Positions 54,501-64,000 of a stretch of 64,000 nt of DNA are shown piece by piece. This DNA is from Lingula anatina. Lineage: Eukaryota > Animalia > Brachiopoda. The notes beneath the pieces were generated by a model. The model was given only the letters and a program-made list of their open reading frames with translations. It was not told where the DNA came from and made no database searches. The stretch spans positions 8,246,001 to 8,310,000 of the forward strand of contig CM120646.1 of NCBI GenBank assembly GCA_051362555.1, written 5' to 3'. Positions within the stretch are counted from its first letter, which is position 1. Every line of letters begins with the position of its first letter. Made by a program: the position numbers and the translations under genes.

Positions 54501-57500
54501 AATGCCTCTTACTAGTACATTTGAAAAGTTTTGCATAATGCACAGGTATATACACAAGTCCATTTAACAAGACAGGGCCAAAACTTATCACTGAGCCATG
54601 TGCTAAAGTGCATTTTTATTTCAGGGTGCCAAATCCAGAGCACATCAACATTGCCCCACTCATGGTAGACAAGCCATTCCCTGCCGAGCATCCATATACC
54701 TCCCACATGTCACGCCATGCTGTATTCCCCAAATTTGATTCCCCAGAGGACAGAACCAGAGGCATATCAGCCAGAAACAGACAACCAATACATGCTGAGA
54801 TGCCTGCCACCCCTTATGATGTCATAATTGTGCATAAAACTAAAGGTAATATAAGCATTAGTTTAAAAAGTAAACATAAATGTTTTTTGTGTGTATATAT
54901 GTGTGTGTGTGAGTTTGTGGGTGACTGGGTGTGTGGTAGTCACTTCATATTGTAGGAAATGAAAAATATCCTTAGACATTTTAAATTGCAGTAAATGAAA
55001 ACTAAATTAAAGTGCAGACAAATTTGATGGTCAACACTTGTTCTTCACAGTGGCCACAACAGTCAAGTAGAACTGGTTGAGATACTTTAAAGCTGGAACT
55101 TTTTATCACTTTGATTTGACATTTCATCAAATAAATTACTTTAAAACTGAAAACTTTTTAAAAATTTGATTTTGCATTTTATCAAATAATTTTCTTTAAA
55201 TTGAGAACTTTTTATGACATATAAAATTTTATTTACTAAATAATTGTGATTCTTACCTTACATAAATTATCTTTGTCTAACTTGAATGAACATGTGGTGT
55301 AGTGGGCAACTCCTTTTCTATAAATGTATTTATTTATTTCCAATATCTCTTATTCAGGCACTGGTGACCGACATGAGATCCAGGCTCTGCCTCCAGAGGG
55401 GTTGAAGAGAGGGCTGACCTGGCATGGAGAGAATGACTTCTACCAGGTAACATCTATTCTGTTGATCTGTTTCAGTACTTGTACCTCTTTGACTGTACGT
55501 CTTTGACTATAGACAGGCCCCTAGGGAGGGGGTTGGAAGGGGAGAGGAGGCAACCACCCTTTTCCTGAAAGAGATCCACTCTGCATCAAAATTAGATTTA
55601 GGTTGGATGCTGTAGCTGCATCTGGGTTAACTAAAGGGGGAGAGATGGGATATGCCTAGTTTAAAGCTTTTCTAAGACGTTATTTGTTATAAAAGAAAAA
55701 TCTCATTTCAGGAGCCTAAAGTCCATGGACACAAGCCGCCATATTATCCAATTCCTCCTAAAGTGGTGGTACCAAACTTAAAGCAGCGTTCTCCAGAGCA
55801 AACGCTCTCCCCCGCCACGGCTAATGCACTGCGTAATGTGGAGCGTGAACAATGGCAGACCACCTACCAGCAGAATCACACTGGTGCGTACCTTCTTCTG
55901 TGGTTTATTTCATTTTTTTGTGATTGTTATCCAAAATATATATTTTAGTTTTTACTCACAAGATATGATATTTTTTAAAGGAAAATGTTTTTGCGTTTTT
56001 TTTAGAAAGTAAATTATTATACTTCTATTACCTATTCTATAATTGAAATTGATCATATAATTCAGAAGATTAATATTGCTGTGAAATTCTTGTTCACAAT
56101 CACTTGATTGTGCAAAAGTATAGAAGGCTAATTTAAAAATGATTGTTTACGAGACCCTGTGCAGAAACTTTTCTAGTCCCTGCATTTACTGGCTTAAAGC
56201 AGAATTTAAACAATTATTGAATAAATTATACTGCCACATTCTCATTTTTACTGGCCTTTGGTGTTAGCATTGCAGACTTATAAAACTTGCCCTATTTTCC
56301 TTGCAGGCCTAGGTCCTACCAACCCTATGAACTTGGACAACATGGGTGAGAAAATAGAGGGATACAATAGCACTGGGTATATAGACGATGATCTGGTAAG
56401 AGTTAGTTTTATTACGACATGTTTTCAGAAAAGAAATGAATATGTAATCTGTTCATGTTTAACACTTGTTGAAATTTATTGTATCTGTCCCATTTATTCT
56501 GTAGCGCCTTTATATATATATATATTCATTTTAATATTGAGTGGCACGCTTTCACAGCAGCAGTGGTGCATTTGCTTGCAAAGTATATCTATCTTGAAAA
56601 ATCAGTATAGAAATGTATTTAGTTAAAAGAATATCACACATATTTCCACCTGCAATGTAATTTGTATAACGTTTGAAAAAGTTTGTGCAATAAGAAACAA
56701 AAAATAAAAGTCTCAGCCAGTTTTTCTAAAATAATTTGAAATAAAAATGGAAGTGTATAGCAGAATTTAAAAAAAAAGAATCCAAAGGTAATGTGGAATT
56801 TATGATGTGATTATTTGTGAATTTTTGTTAGCATGTTTAATATTTGTCCATTAATTCAATTTCAGAAACCTCGTTCGATCCGTACTTTCGATCCTCCTCG
56901 TCCTTTTGAAGGTCGCCTAGCCAGATCCTTTACTGCCAAACCTAAGCCACAGGCACCTATGGCACCAAGCCAGTCTAACTATAAAAGGTTTGTTTATTGT
57001 AATTTCACTGAGGAAAATGATGTTTGTGTTTGGCTATATAGTACTTTTCAACATCGCAATAGTCTGTCCCTTGTAGTAATAAGGCCAATAACTTTGATCA
57101 GGACAAGAGAAAGCATTGCTTTGTAATATTGGACCAATATTAAATGAGTGAAACTTGCCAGTACAAATGTAATCATCGATATATTTTTATCTGAAGAAAT
57201 GGAAGATACACTGTTTTATGTCCTTATTCATCTATAGAACTTGAGTTTGATAAAAATACTTTAGTGAAAACATTAAACTCATCCCTATAAAGTTTAATGG
57301 CAGTTTGTAAAACTGATAAACATAAAACAATTGGCAACTTCAACAGAAAGATGATACTTGCACAGATGTGATGAAAGCGGATTTCCACAAATTGAAAAAA
57401 AAATTACCTGCTGCAGTAATGATGTCATATGAAAAAAATGACTTTGATGACAGATAAAGTGAGATTGCTTTGTGGTTAAGATCATCCACATAATGCACAA

Positions 57501-59398
57501 CTACTCTCAGTCATGGAATTTAATTATTTCTAGGAAACCAACATTGACAGAGAGAGAAGAAGACCGCTTGCTCTACGGTAAAGAATATGTGAATTTGCCT
57601 GAACGCAAATACCAAGATACAACAGGAAAACTCAAACATGAGGATGCACAGTGGAAACTGATGAATGACACTTTCCACCCAGACCCTCAGCTACAGGTAT
57701 CAGATAGAGAATGAAAACATTTTAGCCTACGATAATGAATTAAAAAAACAAATAGATTAATAAATAATTAAATAAACAAACAAGCTTGTATAAGCAGGCA
57801 AAGAAACTGATAAATTAATAAATAAATAAATAAATGGATTACTGAGTGAGCAGAGAAATGAGAAAACATACATCAAACAAGCAGAGAAATGAATAAATTT
57901 AAACACACATAAAACAAACTTGGTCAACAAATAAATAAATCTACTTTTTCTTCAGACTTTGGAAGATGCTCAAGGTAAACAAGAAGCAGTTGAACTACCA
58001 TATCACCCAACAGGAGCTCCCCCCAAGGAAAAACCTGGTTCGTACTTAGACTCTCTGCGAAAGAAACAGCACGATGAGCACCAACAGGTGGAGGCACAGA
58101 ATCGCTGGAAGCTTTTAGAATCTATGAAGCCAGAACACGACATAACTCAGCTCAATCACAAACTGGAAAAGGCAGATACTGCAGACCACCCTCCAGTCTT
58201 CTACAAACATGAGGGGAAATTCAATGCAGAGAGGGCAGGCCTGTACAAGACAAGCTACAAGCCAGAGATCCTCGAGTACCAGATGAATAAAGAGGAGCTG
58301 AGTGGACCAGAGCTTCTTGATACCAGGGAGTCCCACAAGGGGGCACTGCATCTGACAACCCCCTTGAACGGAGAAATGGATGTAATTTTACAAAATTCAC
58401 GGACCCAGGTGACAAAGGTTCCTATGTTTAGTGATCGCCCTGATGCAAGAGATGTCATAGAACCCTACCAATACAACGTGGAGGTACAAAGACGCTACCT
58501 TCACCCAAATCAGAATACTGCCGATGTCAAGGTACAGGAGAATGGCATCATAAACAGAGAAAGTGAAACAGGCACACAGTACAACACCCACAAATTTCTG
58601 GAGGAACATGAAATCCCCCCTTTTGCACGGAATGAACCATTCCAAGTGATGTCCAAGGAAAATAAAAAACTGAGTAATGTGAAACCATACACTTTTCCAA
58701 AATCTCCAGGTAAAAGTGTCCAGTTTTCTGATAATGTGATGGTTGCTTCAGGAGCTGGTGCAGAGCCTTTGAAACTCAGCAGTGCACGTCTGTCGCCAAC
58801 TGGTGAATTCACTATGACAACAGAGGAGGATCAGTATCCGTGGCAACCAGCCAGGCCAACATCATCCAATCCCACTCAGTATGCCAGTGCCCATGCTCAG
58901 TATTCACCAAGTAATGATGCAAACAAGACACAAATGAAGCAGCCTGATGGTACACCAGCAATGTTTGACACTAGTTTCACAAGTAACCAACCCCTTTTTG
59001 AAGCAGCATGGGAATCAGAGACGGGGGCGAAACATGGAATGTCTAGAAAATCTCGAGACCCAGTTCAAGTCCAAGATCAATTTGCCTCATTGTCAACAAA
59101 TGTAGCACCTGCTGGGATTCAAAACACCTTTGCCTACAAAACTTCATATGAAAACCAATTCCCTGTGTACAGTGACTTGAGTTATAAGAAAGATAAAATG
59201 TTTGATTGGAAATATAGTTCCAAGCTACCTAGGCAACAAACCAAACTTTTAAAGATTCAGGACAGTTTTTCCAAAACAGAGGCCATGAGGAAATTTTATA
59301 ATAAGTTCCAGGAAAACAATCCTGATCTTAGAGAAAATGTATATCGTGGTAAGACCCATGAATTTGGAGGGATGAATGGCCAGCTCATACATGGTTAA
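51505..59398 (+). CDS. SPMIP4: C7orf31/SPMIP4-like (sperm/cilia microtubule inner protein family), 10 exons, 896 aa
   Basis: Exons 51505-51644, 52297-52476, 54385-54456, 54625-54845, 55358-55446, 55712-55883, 56307-56395, 56866-56987, 57534-57696, 57956-59398 (2691 nt, frame continuous). Motifs GADHLS..LHTPL, REYGG..SLPDEHRPKCEPP..KGHQHFG, LPIEQFY, PFPAEHPYTSH..AVFPKFDSPED and C-terminal QTKLLKIQDSFSKT..PDLREN match recalled human C7orf31. Confidence 0.82.
53228..53355 (+). CDS. Putative alternative first coding exon (or cassette exon) of the C7orf31/SPMIP4-like gene
   Basis: ATG-initiated open frame MTSMKFFPKVEVIPSVPPEWGTGKMKDEDENIWAPRGATWQYR ends at a phase-2 CG|GTGAGC donor, compatible with the exon at 54385. 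Confidence 0.55.
54080..54247 (+). mobile_element. MITE family B, intact, 5-bp TSD
   Basis: Perfect 15-bp TIRs CAGGCCCGTAGCCAG / CTGGCTACGGGCCTG flanked by ATCTA on both sides. Confidence 0.85.
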
Positions 59399-62300
59399 TC
59401 AAATCATGTTTCTGTTCATTTTAAGATGGGTTTACAATATATGACTGGACTTAAGAAGTATACCAGATTGAAAATAATGTTCTTTTTAGGAAGATTGAGA
59501 AAAAATAATCAGTAAACATGTAACAGGGTATACATTAAGGCATTTTTAGGTCTCAAATTTGCTCATTAAGTGGAGGAAAATATGCAGTGATAGCCAAAAT
59601 CGAAACAAAATGTTTGCTCAATTCAAAAACCTGTGATGTATTATAGTATAGGTCTGTAGACAACAGCTGAATGCTATACACTTTAAGCTCAGTATTTGAT
59701 ATGCTCAAACTGGATTAGATAGATCTGATGACCAAAGGTAATAAACATCAAGGTTTTTTATTTATAGACAGTACCTCATGATCAGTAATCAAGTAGGAGC
59801 TTGCCATTTAGGTTGAGATGGGCAAATAGAATGAAGAAAAAATTTAGAATGAATTATGTGAGGTAAATCTTGGTACTGTATAGAAAAAGATAGATCTACT
59901 GTTTAAACAAACCAAGAAAAAAGCCATGACAAAGATATTGCTCAACACAGCATGCTCATTGGTCAATTGAAGGAAAAGGTTGTGATATTTGTAAGAGTAC
60001 AGCTCATTGAGCAATAAGATACAGTAAAGGGAGTTTGAATAGGGCCCAAAAATTGCAGATGTGAATCTGTCTGGAAATGCTTACAAGTTTGCTATATTTC
60101 TGACATTTTATGCGAGAATACAAAAACTGTCATTTTCTCAGCTTGGAGCAGTAGTCATAAAAGCTCAGGACAATCAAAATTGCTGTCACTGAATAATGAG
60201 CAATACTGCACAGTAAAGTGAGATTGTGAATTTGACATTTTGATCTGCAACATCACCAGAAACTACACAGATATTCTTTATATATATATATAAAGCTGTT
60301 TACTGTCTTTGCAATTATTGATGAAAAATCAAATGTGTTAAGTAGTGCATTTTTGAAAGAAATACATCAAAAGCTCATTTAATGTGATCCAGTATTCACA
60401 ATATATATAAACCTGTAACTTTGTACATAGAATATTTTTTGGAAAATGTTGTCTTGCCATTGTTTATAATGGATAACTTTTTTTTCCTTTGTGAGCCACA
60501 TTTATATTTCACATGAAATGTTCACTTTATATCTTGTTAAAGCAGCTGCAGTGTGTCATAACTGGAGAGAAAATTGTGGTATAAATGATACAACACACAA
60601 CAGTATAAGCCCATTACACGATATTAATTGCAGCTTATGTAAGAAATTTTGTCACCTTTTAAATTTGTCAACAAATTCACTTTCAATTGCATCATTTACA
60701 CTTTTGCCTTAAAAGATTATCTTTATTCTCACAAGAAGTTAAAATCAATTATCACCAGAGTACTTAAAATGTGTAATTTACGCCCAGTTGTTGTATTATA
60801 ATATCTATCAGCATTTCATACTCCACTTTTGACATGCTGTTTTATTGATTGGGTTGTAAAAAATATAGTAGCCTAAAAAGCGAAAATCATTGCTATCTCC
60901 TCAATCGGTAGGATGTTTACGCCAGTGGGAAAATCGTTAATTCTCTAATGCAATCATTTCATTTGCTTCATCTGTGACATAAACTTATGAAATATTTATC
61001 TTTTCATTTATCTTCTAATCTGGATGTGTACTCTATCAAATTTGCTTCACTTGGACAAATTCATTGCAGTGTAGTTATGATTCAATTACCTACTTTGTGA
61101 TGTTATTTATGACGGCCATCTGTTGTTGTTTTGTTCCATTTCTCTCCTTATACCAATATTTCATACTTATTATATTGGATGAGTGAATAAAGATTTTTTC
61201 ATTTTAATTTATTAAGTCTTTTATCGTTATGCAGAATTTCATTACAAAAACAATTTTAGCCTTCTAAATAAATTACAGCTTTTTGTAAAAATGTGCCAAC
61301 CACTACAGTTTTAAGCAATCCAAGCCAGGATTTTCAATGCTTTTTAAGTGCATGAATCGCTTCTCGTTGAACTCATCTTAGAACAACCAATGCTATTAAA
61401 ACATATTGACAGATAATGATCTTATTCAATGTCACAAATATCATGTTGACCATCCAGTCTATCCTTGGTAGTTGGCCATCTTGACAGTTTGAAAATAACG
61501 CCGGTTCACTGGCAGCATACACTAGTTATCACTAGATCACTGCACAAGTCTCATTACATCCAAGACTTGAGTCAAGGAATTTGTTTTTCAATAATCTGTG
61601 CTTTAGTGCGGGTTTTAGTTTTTCTTTTCCGAAATTGCTAGAGTTGAAAATTAGTGAGTGCCAGAAAAGGACGACTGAAGGTTTGTAAACTTTTGGAAAA
61701 TTCATTAAATAAGATCCTGTCTTTGAATACTTTGATTTAATTTTTTCTGACAATATCCCATATACAAAGATATGGATTTTTAAAGAAAAATCCATTACTA
61801 TTTTCAAAATTAGCTATGAAACTTTTTGGAAGAAATCGAATTTCATATGAAATTTCAAAGATTGATAGTTCATAAGATTCAACTATAGATAGCTTTTCCT
61901 TTCTTTCATTTTAAGACAAAAACAGTTGTTTTCTTAATAAATGCAATATTTTATTGATAAAAAAAGATTTGATAATATACCAAACAAACATGCTTTTATC
62001 TCACATATTCAAAAAGAAAAAAATCTTTAAAAGAAAAATAGTAAGATCATTTCTTATAAGGTTGAAATTTCTCACAATTTTTCAAACTCTCTACAAATAT
62101 CATAAAATTGCTTTATGGCAATAAAAGAAAACTATGCTCATCTTTTTTCCAACTCTTCCGGTAATTTGCTGTTCATGAATGACGGAATTGCAGATCACAA
62201 TAAATTTAAAATCATCTTTCAATATGAGAAACTTTTCAATGTTACAGAGATAACTGGGCCTCTCTCATATTCCCTCAAACTTTTTAACCTACCATTATTA

Positions 62301-64000
62301 TCAAGCCTTAAAGACTTTACAGGTATCTGGTGCTCATAAACAACAAAACACAGATTTCAGGAAATAATGAGGGCTCGTGTAAAACCACTGAAATTAGGGA
62401 AAGAAAGAAAGAAAATTTGGGTTAAATTCTGTGAATTATTTTCAAAATCCAGAGCATGGTGCATTGCATTTAAGTGTTGATCTAGTGGCATTAACACATA
62501 AGGATTAGCTATGCCATTAAAAAGTCAAACTCATCACTGCAATTCCAATTCTATATAAAAAGAGCAAAGACATATTTCTCCATGTGTCTTTTCCCAAAAA
62601 AGATTTTTTCTATAGATCAGGAATTTTCAGATTAAAAATTATTACGATGATCAGACCATTTTCTCTTCTCATATATATGTATTAAAATAATCCTCATATC
62701 CTTTCCTAATTGCTTTTCCAAGGAGAAAGGACAAGTGATATGATTAATGATATGATACAATATGAATTACTATGTAGACTCTGTAAAATCAAATGCCTCT
62801 TTTATACAGCTTCACCATGGCAGTAACTTGACCTAATTACAAATAACTTGAAATTAATTACAAATTAAAAATTTAAGTTTGGATTTAATTACATAGTGCC
62901 TTAATACTAAAATCTATTGCCTAGTCTACAGTCTACTTACTATACCCTATAATGACAACCTGAGAGTAAGAAAAAATGCAAAATTTAATAATATATTTAT
63001 AATATGTACAAAAAAAAATCCAGGTAAAAGTACTTTATGATATGTGATAGACAGATATTTCTTTATCATCTGTTTTATATATTCTGCCTACGCTCTGTGA
63101 TCGTGTGATGTCACATTAACTAAATTAGTTGATTTTACCATAAAAGCAACATGATAGTAAACCACAGGGTGGAACAAAAGAAGTGCTTAAACTTTTCTGC
63201 CATGCATAATAAAATACCAATTACAACAGACATTCAATAAAGAGTTTCAGGATAATCAAAATTGAATAATCTTTCATTAATTTGACAACTGGTCAAGTGT
63301 CATGGCTATGACGAATACAAGGATTGGAAGACACATTTCTGGAACTAATATTAAATCATCGTTTAATAGAATGTGCTAAAGAACCAAATCCATTCCTCCT
63401 TTAGCTCCTAAAGTAGGTAATCGTTTTTAATATGCATGCTACACAAATAAATAACTTCAATTATCAAATAACCACAAGAACTGAAACAAATACAATTTTA
63501 AGGCAAATCTTCATTCATAGGAGTGCATATTGATTTACCAGACAAAGGGCCATCTTACACATTCTGACAGGCACATACTAAAAAATCAAAACCATTTATG
63601 GAATCTGATCAAAAGGCATGCATTCTTAAATTTGATAGGCACTTGAATTTGCTAAAAAAATAAACTGAACTGCAATAATTAATAAAATACTGCATCACAA
63701 TTAACCTTCAAGCATAGTAGATTTAGAGACCTCGTCTTCATCCAGTTCTGAGACAACACAAATTTGCATAGAATTCCCGAGACAAGTTAAAAACTTTCCA
63801 TTAAAGGGAGGGGGGGGGGGGGGACAAGATCCTTTAAACAATCCAATGGAAAAAGGAGGGATAATCCTTATGGCACTTTTCTTTCGATCTTAAAATATAA
63901 GAACAATTCCTAAATATATATATCTGTGTATGTATCTTTATGTCTAATTTAAAAACTTATGATTTCAAAACTAAATTTTCTCTTTTACCTTCAAAGAAGG

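Noticed and set aside
59399-64000. Possible further gene at the window end
   Set aside because: Only short low-complexity ORFs and no convincing exon. It looks like 3' UTR or intergenic DNA.

Overview
AT-rich, intron-containing animal genomic DNA, probably a lophotrochozoan such as a mollusc (inferred from protein style and transposon content). Five complete spliced genes can be assembled by hand, all with GT-AG introns and continuous reading frames. In order: JAZF1 (-, 322 aa), head-to-head with mitochondrial ATP synthase subunit c (+, 145 aa); a membrane-anchored SdsA1/BDS1-type alkyl sulfatase (+, 586 aa), tail-to-tail with Neurexin IV/CNTNAP (-, about 1315 aa); and a C7orf31/SPMIP4-like gene (+, 896 aa). 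There is one intact tRNA-His(GTG). Mobile DNA includes a 3.4-kb Helentron/HINE-type element in an ATP synthase c intron (duplicated head, nested MITE, 146-bp satellite array) and several small MITE families. The most notable signal is in Neurexin IV, which has two separate pairs of duplicated, apparently mutually exclusive exons (first half of LamG1; juxtamembrane stalk). Rbfox (UGCAUG) and HOW/QKI (ACUAA) motifs lie in opposing positions around them, suggesting a cell-type splicing switch at positions other than the known Drosophila discoidin exon 3/4 switch. All gene names come from recalled family motifs, not database searches.
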